Made by a program: the position numbers and the translations under genes. Of a stretch of DNA of 64,000 nt, positions 10,508 through 20,192 are shown piece after piece. Origin of the DNA: an uncultured Prevotellaceae bacterium (GTDB lineage Bacteria > Bacteroidota > Bacteroidia > Bacteroidales > Bacteroidaceae); the NCBI GenBank assembly GCA_902764705.1, contig CACWWZ010000001.1, positions 48,859 to 112,858 on the forward strand. Reading direction: 5' to 3'. The number at the start of each line of letters is the position of its first letter. The stretch's first letter is position 1. The notes under the pieces are model-generated. The model searched no databases, was not told where the DNA came from, and saw nothing but the letters and a program-made list of their open reading frames with translations.

Positions 10508-12016
10508 ATGAATAAGTATTTGGCTTTTAGTTTTGGGCTTTTGGCTTTTGGCAGTTTGCCTGTGAGTGCACAACGGTTGCTCTCGCTGGACAGTTGTCGG
10601 GCGATGGCACTGCAAAACAACAAGGAGCTCAGCATATCGCGTGTCAAACAGGATGTGGCTGCTAATCTGCGCAAGTCAGCACGTACCAAGTACCTGCCTC
10701 ACGTCAGTGCGCTGGGTGGCTACGAATGGACCAGCAAGGAAATTTCACTGCTCAGCGACGAGCAGAAGGAGACGCTGTCGAATTTGGGAACCTCGCTGAC
10801 TACCGGTATTAGCGGGAAGGCTGGCGAGATTATGTCACAAGTACCTGCTTCCGTCTGGCAGCTGCTGGGCTCGATAGGGATTACTCCTGAAGGTATTGCC
10901 GGCAATCTGGCCCAATTGACCGGTGGCCTCGGAAGCTCCCTCAACGGAGTCGGCCAAGGCATTGTTGATGCGTTCCATACCGACACGCGTAACATGTTTG
11001 CCGGAGCTGTCATGGTGACACAGCCCGTATTTATGGGTGGTGCCATTATTGCCATGAACAAGATGGCGGATATCGGTGAGGATTTGGCTGCCAATGCCAC
11101 AGAACAGAAACGTCAACTTACTTTATATAATATTGATCAGGCCTATTGGCAGGTCGTGTCGTTGCGCCACAAGCAGAAGTTGGCCCAGGGCTACCTCGAC
11201 CTTGTGAAGAAGTTGGACGGTGACGTGCAGAAGATGATTCAGGAGGGCGTCGCCACCCGTAGCGAGGGCCTGAGCGTCAGCGTGAAGGTGAACGAGGCTG
11301 AGATGATGCTGACGAAGGTCGACGACGGACTGGTGCTCTCTAAGATGCTGCTCTGCCAGCTGTGCGGACTTCCTATGTCCGAACAAATAGTGCTGGTCGA
11401 CGAAGAGCGTGAGGATTTGGACGCAGTCGAGTTGGCTCCGCAGTTGGAAGTAGAGCAGGCTTTGGAAAACCGTCCCGAACTGAAGCAGTTGCAGAATCTG
11501 GTTGATTTGAGCAAGCAGCAGACGAACGTCCTCAAGGCCGGAAACCTGCCGCAGGTGGCGCTGACGGGCGGCTATATGGTGTCGAATCCCAATCTATATA
11601 ATGGCTTCCAGCGTAAGTTTGACGGTGTATGGAACGTTGGTGTACTGGTTCGTATCCCCGTGTGGAACTGGGGTGACGTAGCCTATAAGGTACGTGCCTC
11701 GAAGGGTGCCACTACCATTGCCAGACTACAGATGGACGAAGCCCGTGAGAAGATCACGTTGCAGGTAAACCAGAGCAATTTCCAGGTTCAGGAGGCTAAT
11801 CGTAAGTTGGAAATGACCAAAGCCAACATCCGCAAGGCTGAAGAGAACCTGCGTACTGCCGACCTCGGATTCCGCGAGGGTGTCATCTCGTCGACTACCG
11901 TTATGGAGGCCCAGACGGCTTGGCTGCAGGCCCAGTCGCAGAAGATTGATGCTGAGATTGATGTCAAACTCAGTCAGGTGAATCTGAAGAAAGCCCAGGG
12001 TGTCTTGGGAGATTGA
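10508..12016 (+). CDS. TolC family outer membrane efflux protein
   Basis: LSLDSCRAMALQNN N-terminus and two OEP-like helical repeats; upstream of HlyD. Confidence 0.9.
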   Translation: MNKYLAFSFGLLAFGSLPVSAQRLLSLDSCRAMALQNNKELSISRVKQDVAANLRKSARTKYLPHVSALGGYEWTSKEISLLSDEQKETLSNLGTSLTTGISGKAGEIMSQVPASVWQLLGSIGITPEGIAGNLAQLTGGLGSSLNGVGQGIVDAFHTDTRNMFAGAVMVTQPVFMGGAIIAMNKMADIGEDLAANATEQKRQLTLYNIDQAYWQVVSLRHKQKLAQGYLDLVKKLDGDVQKMIQEGVATRSEGLSVSVKVNEAEMMLTKVDDGLVLSKMLLCQLCGLPMSEQIVLVDEEREDLDAVELAPQLEVEQALENRPELKQLQNLVDLSKQQTNVLKAGNLPQVALTGGYMVSNPNLYNGFQRKFDGVWNVGVLVRIPVWNWGDVAYKVRASKGATTIARLQMDEAREKITLQVNQSNFQVQEANRKLEMTKANIRKAEENLRTADLGFREGVISSTTVMEAQTAWLQAQSQKIDAEIDVKLSQVNLKKAQGVLGD

Positions 12017-12064
12017 TGCGGAAATAGCAAAATGTCTTAATAACGAAATAAGAAAATACAAAAT

Positions 12065-13048
12065 ATGAGTGCAAAAAGTCAACACAACAACATTCTGTTT
12101 GCAATTCTTGGATTTGCAGTAGTTGTGATTATTGTAGCCCTGATTGGTTTCTTCGCTTTGGGACGTGATCCCGAGTTGGTTCAGGGACAGGTTGAAGTCA
12201 GTGAATACCGCGTGTCCAGCAAGGTGCCCGGACGTATTCTTGAAATCAGAGTCAAGGAGGGTGACTATGTCAAGGTCGGCGATACGCTGGCCATTCTGGA
12301 TGCCCCCGAGGTTCGTGCCAAGATGGAGCAGGCCCGTAGTGCCGAGGATGCCGCTGCTGCTCTTGAGCTAAAAGCTCAGAACGGTGCCCGTCAGGAACAG
12401 ATACAGGGAGCCTATCAGGTCTGGCAACAGGCTAAGGCTGGTATGGAAATTGCCGAGAAGTCGTACCAGCGCATTCAGCGTCTGTTCGACGAGGGTGTGG
12501 TATCGGCTCAGAAACGCGACGAGGTCTATGCCAACTACAAGGCGATGGAGGCCCAGTGTAAGGCTGCTGAGAGTCAGTATCAGATGGCCCAGAACGGTGC
12601 CCGTCGTGAGGATAAACTGGCTGCTGCTGCTCAGGTCGGACGTGCCAAGGGTGCTGTGCAGGAAGTGAACAGCTACATCCACGAGACCGTCCAGATAGCC
12701 CAGATGGAAGGCGAAGTCAGCAGTATCTATCCCAAGGTTGGTGAACTGGTTGGCACAGGTTCACCCATCATGACCATTTCGATGATGCAGGACATGTGGG
12801 GCTCGTTCAACGTTCGTGAGGACCAACTGAACGGCATGCAGGTTGGTTCGACCATCAAGGCTTTTGTTCCTGCTTTCAACAAGGAAGTCGAGATGAAGGT
12901 CTACTATCTGAAGGACCAGGGTTCGTATGCTGTTTGGAAGGCTACCAAGGCCAACGGCCAGTATGACCTGAAGACCTTTGAGGTCAGAGCCCGTCCCATA
13001 GAGAAGTTCGAGGGCCTGCGTCCAGGTATGTCGCTCGTTATTAAATGA
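12065..13048 (+). CDS. HlyD family periplasmic adaptor
   Basis: TM anchor, lipoyl half-motif VSSKVPGRILEIRVKEGDYV, coiled hairpin, LRPGMS end. Confidence 0.92.
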   Translation: MSAKSQHNNILFAILGFAVVVIIVALIGFFALGRDPELVQGQVEVSEYRVSSKVPGRILEIRVKEGDYVKVGDTLAILDAPEVRAKMEQARSAEDAAAALELKAQNGARQEQIQGAYQVWQQAKAGMEIAEKSYQRIQRLFDEGVVSAQKRDEVYANYKAMEAQCKAAESQYQMAQNGARREDKLAAAAQVGRAKGAVQEVNSYIHETVQIAQMEGEVSSIYPKVGELVGTGSPIMTISMMQDMWGSFNVREDQLNGMQVGSTIKAFVPAFNKEVEMKVYYLKDQGSYAVWKATKANGQYDLKTFEVRARPIEKFEGLRPGMSLVIK

Positions 13049-13085
13049 GAATGAGAAGTGAAATCATAGACTTCAAATTTCAAAC

Positions 13086-14255
13086 ATGAATTGTCTCAGG
13101 CAGATATACGAAGTCATGCTGCGAGAGTTGCTGATTCTGCGTCAGAATCACGTCTATCGTTTTTGTATGGTGGCCTTTCCATTATTGGTGATGTTTTTCT
13201 TCACCTCGCTGATGGATGACGGACTGCCTACCAGCATGCCTGTGGGTATTGTCGACCTGGACAACACTTCTACGTCGCGCTCGCTGTCGCAACGGCTGGA
13301 CGGATTCCAGATGTCACGCGTCGTGGCCCATTATCCCAGCGTCTCTGAGGCCCGACAGGCCATTCAGCGCAACGAGATCTACGGATTCCTCTATATTCCC
13401 AAGGGAACTACCGAGAAACTGTTGGCTTCCCGTCAGCCCAAGATATCGTACTATTATTCCTATACTACGCTGGCTGCCGGTGCCTTGTTGATGAAGGATA
13501 TGAAAACCATCTCAACGTTGGGTTCTGCTGCCGTCGGACAGGCTACCATGCGCGCCAAGGGATTTACTGACGATCAGATTCAGACTTTCCTGCAACCCAT
13601 TGCGGTGGATTTGCACCAGATTGCCAACCCTTGGACGAGTTATAATTCTTATCTGACGACGATGATTGTGCCAGGCATGATCATGCTGTTCATATTCCTG
13701 ATTTCTGCCTATTCTCTTGGCACGGAACTGAAGTTCAGCTCGTCGAAACGCTGGCTGGCAATGACTGATAACCGTATTGTGCCGGCAATATTGGGCAAGT
13801 TCCTGCCACAGACGCTGATCTGGCTTGCTCTTGTCTATGGTTACGAATACTACGTGTTCTATGTGCTGGACTTTCCGCATCTGGGCAGTCCGTGGATGCT
13901 GGTACTGCTGGGATTGATACAGGTGCTGGCTAGTCAGGGATTTGGCATTTTTGCCTTCGGACTGATGCCGTCGCTACGTATGTCGATGAGTATCTGCTCG
14001 TTATGGGCTGTGCTCAGCATATCGATGGCTGGCTCTGCGTTCCCTGTCATGGGTATGGATGGTCCCCTGCAGTCGCTGTCGTGGCTGTTCCCCCTTCGTC
14101 ATTACTACATGATTTATCAAATCGCCGTCTTCAATGGCTATCCGCTCATTGAGGCGTGGTTCCACTTTGCTGCCCTGGTGGCATTCATACTGCTGCCTTG
14201 GCTCGTGGTTGGAAAAATAAAGAATGCAATGCTTACTTATGTCTATATTCCGTAA
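13086..14255 (+). CDS. ABC-2 type (YbhS/YhhJ-like) permease
   Basis: PVGIVDLDN periplasmic domain plus multiple TM helices. Confidence 0.9.
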   Translation: MNCLRQIYEVMLRELLILRQNHVYRFCMVAFPLLVMFFFTSLMDDGLPTSMPVGIVDLDNTSTSRSLSQRLDGFQMSRVVAHYPSVSEARQAIQRNEIYGFLYIPKGTTEKLLASRQPKISYYYSYTTLAAGALLMKDMKTISTLGSAAVGQATMRAKGFTDDQIQTFLQPIAVDLHQIANPWTSYNSYLTTMIVPGMIMLFIFLISAYSLGTELKFSSSKRWLAMTDNRIVPAILGKFLPQTLIWLALVYGYEYYVFYVLDFPHLGSPWMLVLLGLIQVLASQGFGIFAFGLMPSLRMSMSICSLWAVLSISMAGSAFPVMGMDGPLQSLSWLFPLRHYYMIYQIAVFNGYPLIEAWFHFAALVAFILLPWLVVGKIKNAMLTYVYIP

Positions 14256-15492
14256 CCTATACAAAGACATAGAGAATGCCTGCTACATCTGGCGTAAGGA
14301 AATGGAGCGGGTGGTGAAGGACGAGGGCGTGCTCATCTTCTTCATCGTCGTCCCGCTGGTCTATCCCTTGCTGTACTCGTGGATCTATAACAACGAGACG
14401 GTACACGACGTTCCTGTCTGTGTCGTCGACCAGTCACACTCCTCGCTTTCCCGTCAGTTCATCCATATGTGCGATGCTTCTGCCGATGTCCGTGTGGCTT
14501 ACTATGCACAGGACTTGGACGAGGCCAAATCACTGGTCAGCCGGCAGTTGGTCAAAGGCGTCTTTCTTATTCCTTCCGACTTCGAGACAAAGGTGCTTCG
14601 CATGGAGCAGGGCGTGGTCAGCGTCTATTGTGACATGAGTCTGATGCTGACGTACAAAGCCATTTTCCAGACGGCCCGACTTGTTTCTTTGGAAATGGGT
14701 AAGGAGATTCAGACGAAGCTGAACCGGCAGTATACCGATTGTGAGGAGGCCATTGCCGCCCGTCCGCTGGACTATGCCGACGTGCCTATTTTCAATCCGC
14801 AGGGAGGTTACGGTTCGTTTGTCCTGCCCGCAGTGCTGATGCTCATTCTGCAACAGACACTGGTGCTGGGCATTGGCCTCTCCGCTGGTACTGCCCGTGA
14901 CGAGAATGCCTATCGCAACCTGATTCCCGTGGGCGATTCCCGTTATGTGAAAACGCTGCCCATCGTCCTGGCTAAAACCATGTGCTACCTGATGATTTAT
15001 GCCGTCATGGGCGCTTGGCTCGTCATTGTCGTGCCACGACTGTTCCATTTCCCGCAGTTGGCTAGCGGACATACGCTATTGGTGCTGATGATTCCCTATA
15101 CCCTGGCATGTATCTTCTTTGGCATGGTGGTATCGTGCATGGTGAAATATCGCGAGAATGTGATGCTGCTCATGGTCTTCGTGTCTATTCCCCTGTTGTT
15201 CATGACGGGTGTTTCTTGGCCGCAGTCCAATATTCCGGGCATGTGGCAGGGCGTTTCCTGGCTGTTCCCCTCAACGTTTGGTGCCCGTGCCTACGTGCGG
15301 TTGAATTCCATGGGAGCCAGTCTGGGCGACGTGCTCACAGAATACCGCATCCTCTGGATTCATGTGGCTTGCTACTTCTTTCTGACGTTGTGTGTCTATC
15401 GTTTCCAGATTTACCGTGCCCGTCGTAAGGCGCTGAACCGCTTGCGTTTCCTAAAGAAAAGCCGTCAGGAGCGAGCTGGCGACCTCACTTGA
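14239..15492 (+). CDS. ABC-2 type (YbhR-like) permease
   Basis: PVCVVDQSHS domain, FNPQGGYGSF, multiple TM helices; ATG at 14239 overlaps the upstream gene end. Confidence 0.9.
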   Translation: MSIFRNLYKDIENACYIWRKEMERVVKDEGVLIFFIVVPLVYPLLYSWIYNNETVHDVPVCVVDQSHSSLSRQFIHMCDASADVRVAYYAQDLDEAKSLVSRQLVKGVFLIPSDFETKVLRMEQGVVSVYCDMSLMLTYKAIFQTARLVSLEMGKEIQTKLNRQYTDCEEAIAARPLDYADVPIFNPQGGYGSFVLPAVLMLILQQTLVLGIGLSAGTARDENAYRNLIPVGDSRYVKTLPIVLAKTMCYLMIYAVMGAWLVIVVPRLFHFPQLASGHTLLVLMIPYTLACIFFGMVVSCMVKYRENVMLLMVFVSIPLLFMTGVSWPQSNIPGMWQGVSWLFPSTFGARAYVRLNSMGASLGDVLTEYRILWIHVACYFFLTLCVYRFQIYRARRKALNRLRFLKKSRQERAGDLT

Positions 15493-16510
15493 TTCCGCGT
15501 TCGTTAAGTGCCTTGGCGTAGCGCGCTGCGTTTTTCAGGTGTTCCTGATAAGTCGTGGCGAAATTGTGGGTGCCCGAGAAATCTTCCTTGGCACACATAT
15601 AGAGGTAGTCGTGGTCTACGGCATTCAGCACGGCATCAATGCCCTTGATGGAGGCAATCTTGATGGGGCCGGGGGGCAGACCTTCGTTCTTATAGGTGTT
15701 ATAAGGCGAGTCGGTTTGGAGCAGTTTCTGCCATATTCGCTTCAGTTCGAACTGCTTCAGGGCAAACTTGATGGTGGGGTCTGCCTGTAGCGGCATGTTC
15801 TGCTTCAGGCGGTTCAGATACATACCGGCTATCATCGGCTTCTCGGCATTGTTGGCTGTTTCCTCGTCAATGATGCTGGCCAGCGTACAAATCTCCACTG
15901 GTGTCAGCTGCATCCGGGCAGCCTTGGCTTCGCGCTCGCCCTCCCAGAAGTGGTCGTGCTCCTTCTGCATACGTTCCAGCAGCTTGTCGACGCTCATGTT
16001 CCAATACACGTCGTATGTGTTGGGTACGAACATCGCGGCAATCGTCGTTGTGTCGTAACTATACTGCTGACAGGTCTCCTCGCTGTACAGTGCATCGGCA
16101 ATCGTAGCCGAGTCGAGCATCAGCTTCTGTCCCAGCACGGCGGCCAGGCGGTCCATCGTGCGCACCTCGGGGATGGTCAGGTTGAACGACGACTGCTGAC
16201 CGTTCTTCAATCTGCGGAATACCGTGATGGGGCCGTCGCCGGGTTCAATGGCATATCGTCCGCTGCGAACGTGCTCGTTATAGTCGCTGTGGCGGAGTAG
16301 GGCAGACAGACTGGTCAAACCTGCCGTCGAGCTCAGAGGCTGCAACTTCACGAGGACGCTGTCCTGCGTGTCGTCGTCGTCAATATAGAGGTATACCGTG
16401 CTGTCGCTTTTCGACACGGAGGTCAGTAAGTGGTAAGCCACCAGTCCTGTAACGAGCACCAAGCCCACTAAAGCCACGTATAAATAGACTTTTGAATTCA
16501 GTTTTTTCAT
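15485..16510 (-). CDS. mltG: Endolytic transglycosylase MltG
   Basis: LASIIDEET, LQADPT and SPYNTY...GLPPGPI motifs. Confidence 0.95.
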   Translation of the reverse strand: MKKLNSKVYLYVALVGLVLVTGLVAYHLLTSVSKSDSTVYLYIDDDDTQDSVLVKLQPLSSTAGLTSLSALLRHSDYNEHVRSGRYAIEPGDGPITVFRRLKNGQQSSFNLTIPEVRTMDRLAAVLGQKLMLDSATIADALYSEETCQQYSYDTTTIAAMFVPNTYDVYWNMSVDKLLERMQKEHDHFWEGEREAKAARMQLTPVEICTLASIIDEETANNAEKPMIAGMYLNRLKQNMPLQADPTIKFALKQFELKRIWQKLLQTDSPYNTYKNEGLPPGPIKIASIKGIDAVLNAVDHDYLYMCAKEDFSGTHNFATTYQEHLKNAARYAKALNERGIK

Positions 16511-16754
16511 CTTCGTTTCTGCATTTCTTTTACTGCTGCCATTTGCACATCATGCATTCGGCTATGCAAAGGTATGTAATAATCTTCAAACAAACAAATA
16601 TTTCGTCTTTTTTTATTACTCTTGTAATACTTGCATATCTTTCTTCAACAATAACGTGATGGTCAACCAGAAATAATGGCGCGCCCGCGTCTCCCTTGGC
16701 ATGAGACTTTGATCTGCTTAGCCGACTAACGATACCCTCTTGAAAAACTTAAAA

Positions 16755-16838
16755 CATTGCCTTGGATTTATCAATCATTGCCTTAGATTTATCAATCATT
16801 GTCAGTGATTTAATAATCAATGTCGTAGATTTAACTTT
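16755..16838. repeat. Four degenerate 21-bp tandem repeats
   Basis: CATTGCCTTGGATTTATCAAT / CATTGCCTTAGATTTATCAAT / CATTGTCAGTGATTTAATAAT / CAATGTCGTAGATTTAACTTT. Confidence 0.85.
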
Positions 16839-16989
16839 ACAAGGGACCTCGTAACCTTTTACCCAGCGACTCATAACCTTTGGAGAAGGTAGGCTGCAAC
16901 TCAGAAAAACTCAAATTAATTTGGTTTTTCGTTCGTTTTGCACTACCTTTGCAGAAAAATCAGAAATATATCACTTTTCTGGCAGACTT

Positions 16990-18222
16990 ATGGCAACTAA
17001 GACAGCAATCGTGGGAGGCGGTGCAGCGGGATTTTTCCTGGCTGTGAACCTGAAGGAGATGGTGCCCGACATGGAGGTGACCATCTTCGAACGCAGTCCG
17101 CGGGTGCTGGCGAAGGTGGAGGTGAGCGGCGGTGGACGCTGCAATTGTACCAATTCGTTTGCCCGTGTCAGCGACCTGTCGCAGGTGTATCCCAGAGGTC
17201 ATAGGCTGATGAAACGGCTGTTTAACGTGTTTAATCAGGAGGATGCCTACCGCTGGTTCGAAAGCCACGGGGTTCCGCTGGTGACGCAGGACGACGAGTG
17301 TGTGTTTCCGCAGGCTCAGGATTCGCACGCCATCATCGACTGTTTCCTGACGCTGGCGCGAAGATACCAGATAGTGATACGGAAGGGGGTGAAGGTGCAG
17401 TCGCTGGCTGACTTGAAAGGCTTCGATTACGTGGCCGTCACCACAGGCGGATCGCCAAAGGGAGAAGGACTGCGCTGGCTGGCGGACATGGGACACGAGA
17501 CGGAGCGGCCCGTGCCGTCGCTTTTCTCGCTGTCGATAGACGATGCCCGTCTGCATGCGTTGATGGGACTGGTGGTGGACGATTCCGTCGTTCGCATCCC
17601 AGGTACCAAACTGCGTGCCGAGGGTGCGCTGCTCATTACCCATTGGGGACTGAGCGGACCAGCCACGCTGCGACTGTCGAGCTATGCGGCACGCCATCTG
17701 GCTGAGAACAATTATCAGGCTCCGCTTAGCATCAACTGGATTCATCGCAATGAGGCCGATGCTCAGACGAGGCTACTGGAAATGGCGGTCCGTGAGCCGC
17801 AGAAGCAACTCACCATCTGCAATCCCTTCAACATGCAGCAGCGCCTGTGGAGCTATCTGGTGGAGAAGGCATTGGCGGACCGTGCCACGATCCGTTGGGC
17901 GGAAATGAACAAGAAGGACGTGAACCGACTGGTGAACGTGCTGGTGAACGACACGTTACAGATCGTAGGGCGGGCACCGTTCAAGGATGAGTTCGTCACC
18001 TGTGGGGGCGTATCGCTGAAGGCTGTCAATCCCGTGACCCTGGAGAGCCGCCACGTACCCCGGCTGTATTTTGCCGGCGAGGTGCTCGACATGGACGGTG
18101 TGACGGGAGGGTTCAATTTCCAGGCTGCCTGGACCACTGCCTATACGGTGGCAAGCAGCATCCAGAAATCATTAGACACTAACAATTTACTAACTAACAA
18201 CATAAACTTTATTACAACATGA
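16990..18222 (+). CDS. BaiN/HI0933 family FAD-dependent oxidoreductase
   Basis: IVGGGAAG, SGGGRCNCTN, LITHWGLSGP, FAGEVLDMDGVTGGFNFQAAW; ATG at 16990 follows a TACCTTTG promoter. Confidence 0.92.
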   Translation: MATKTAIVGGGAAGFFLAVNLKEMVPDMEVTIFERSPRVLAKVEVSGGGRCNCTNSFARVSDLSQVYPRGHRLMKRLFNVFNQEDAYRWFESHGVPLVTQDDECVFPQAQDSHAIIDCFLTLARRYQIVIRKGVKVQSLADLKGFDYVAVTTGGSPKGEGLRWLADMGHETERPVPSLFSLSIDDARLHALMGLVVDDSVVRIPGTKLRAEGALLITHWGLSGPATLRLSSYAARHLAENNYQAPLSINWIHRNEADAQTRLLEMAVREPQKQLTICNPFNMQQRLWSYLVEKALADRATIRWAEMNKKDVNRLVNVLVNDTLQIVGRAPFKDEFVTCGGVSLKAVNPVTLESRHVPRLYFAGEVLDMDGVTGGFNFQAAWTTAYTVASSIQKSLDTNNLLTNNINFITT

Positions 18223-20192
18223 AACAGAGATTGTTTTTAGCAGCTTTTGCTGCCTGTATGGCGGTTTGTGGCTGGGCACAGCAACAGACTCCGAAATCGA
18301 TTGTGTGTAATCAGGACGGTACGGTGACGTTCACCTACAAGAACGACCATGCCAAGGAGGTGCTGGTGGACGTGCAGTTTGCAAAGGGACGCCAGCCCAT
18401 GACACGTGACGAGAAGACGGGCCTTTGGACGGCTACGCTGGGTCCGGCAGCTCCCGACATGTATCCCTACTGCTTTGTGGTGGACGGCATCAGCGTGATG
18501 GACCCTGAGAACGACCAGTATTTCCCCAACGAAGGCTTCAAGAACAGCCTGCTGGAAATTCCCGGTAACGGCACCCTGCCTCACGACATCAAGGACGTAC
18601 CCCACGGCAGGTTGGAGTATGTGCACTATTATTCGAAGAGCCTGGGCGCCACGAATCAGGCTGTGGTCTATCTGCCACCCACGTATATGCAGGATTTCCA
18701 GAAGAAGTATCCTGTGTTCTACCTGATCAGTGGTACGACGGATACGGAGGAGGTGTACTACAAGGTAGGACGCGTGAACTATATTATGGACAATCTGCTG
18801 GCAGACAAGTCCGCCAAGGAAATGATTGTCGTGATGCCCTATGGTAACCCGTCGAAACTGAAGCCTGCAAAGGCAGGGGACGCTTCAGGAGCCCCTCAGG
18901 TGCAGTTCGGAGGCGATGTGTTCAGCAAGGATCTGATCAACGACCTGATGCCTTACATTGAGAAGAACTACCGTACGGATGCCAATCGCGAACACCGTGC
19001 CATCGGAGGTTTTTCGCGTGGCGGCAACCAGGCACTGTACAACGGACTGACGAATCTGGATAAGTTTGCATATCTATGTTCTTATAGCTCGTTCACCTCG
19101 ACGGACATTCCTAACGTCTACGACCAGGCTGACGACACGAACAAGAAGATTCGCCTGTTCTGGCTGGGTGTGGGTACCGACGACTTCCTCTATGGTAATG
19201 CCCGCGACTACATGGAGTTCCTGGACAAGAAAGGCATCCGCAGTGTCAAGGAGTTTACGAACGACAAGTTCGGCCACACGTGGATGAATGCGAAGTATTT
19301 CCTGTCGAAGACCCTGCCCCTGCTGTTCAACAAGAAGGCTTGTGAGGCTGCCATGAAGGACGGCCAGCCCGCTCCTGCCAAGACTGGCGAGGAACAGCAG
19401 TTCACGCCTGGTGTGATGGCCCGTCTGTTCCCGCGTCCCATCATCTCGCCGGAATACACTGAAGAGAGCATCACGTTCCGTTTCAAGGCTCCCGATGCCG
19501 AGAAGGTGGAGCTGGAGTGTGAGATTCTGCCCGAGGTGCTGTCGATGGAGAAGGATTCCGACGGCGTGTGGAGTGTGAAGATGGAAGACTTCGTGACGGA
19601 GACCTTCAAATATTGCTTCGTGGTGGACGGCATGCGTGTGGCTGACCCCAGCAACATGCTTCTCTCGCCCGACAAGGGATTCAAATACAGCATAGCCGAC
19701 AGCCCCTACGCTCCATTCAGCTTTGCCGCAATGGGCGACATCCTGCACGGACGCACAGCCTACGATCTGGACAGACAGGAGGCTTGGTATATGGCGCCTA
19801 TGGGCGGTACCATGGGCGGTCAGGGATTCTCGATGCCAGTGTTCATCCAGCTGGTGCCTGGCGAGAACGACACGATGGAGAGCTGGTTCAAGGTGGGCGG
19901 TGCTGATGCCATTGCCGACAAGTTGCAGGCTGACAAGAAGACCAAGACAGTGGTTCTCACGACGAGTTCGATGGACTTCATGGGACAGGGTGGCGGTATG
20001 AGAATGCCAGGCATGGAACCCCGCGTGCTTCGTGCCGACGACTATCCCACCTGGTCGCAGCGCCGTAGGGCATTGGTGAAGCTGCTGCTGAAGATAGGAA
20101 AAGAACCCGCCCCCCAGATGCCTGACTTTGGCGGCTTCGGAGGAGGCGGTGGCTTCGGTGGCGGAGGCTTTGGCGGCGGTGACGGCTTCTAA
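18219..20192 (+). CDS. Secreted CE1-type (feruloyl/acetyl-xylan) esterase with two CBM48-like domains
   Basis: Signal peptide; DGTVTF...Y.FVVDG..DP beta domain twice; nucleophile elbow GFSRGG; GHTW. Confidence 0.85.
   Translation: MKQRLFLAAFAACMAVCGWAQQQTPKSIVCNQDGTVTFTYKNDHAKEVLVDVQFAKGRQPMTRDEKTGLWTATLGPAAPDMYPYCFVVDGISVMDPENDQYFPNEGFKNSLLEIPGNGTLPHDIKDVPHGRLEYVHYYSKSLGATNQAVVYLPPTYMQDFQKKYPVFYLISGTTDTEEVYYKVGRVNYIMDNLLADKSAKEMIVVMPYGNPSKLKPAKAGDASGAPQVQFGGDVFSKDLINDLMPYIEKNYRTDANREHRAIGGFSRGGNQALYNGLTNLDKFAYLCSYSSFTSTDIPNVYDQADDTNKKIRLFWLGVGTDDFLYGNARDYMEFLDKKGIRSVKEFTNDKFGHTWMNAKYFLSKTLPLLFNKKACEAAMKDGQPAPAKTGEEQQFTPGVMARLFPRPIISPEYTEESITFRFKAPDAEKVELECEILPEVLSMEKDSDGVWSVKMEDFVTETFKYCFVVDGMRVADPSNMLLSPDKGFKYSIADSPYAPFSFAAMGDILHGRTAYDLDRQEAWYMAPMGGTMGGQGFSMPVFIQLVPGENDTMESWFKVGGADAIADKLQADKKTKTVVLTTSSMDFMGQGGGMRMPGMEPRVLRADDYPTWSQRRRALVKLLLKIGKEPAPQMPDFGGFGGGGGFGGGGFGGGDGF

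Noticed and set aside
16755-16838. Possible mini-CRISPR
   Set aside because: Units are contiguous with no spacers, and there are no cas genes
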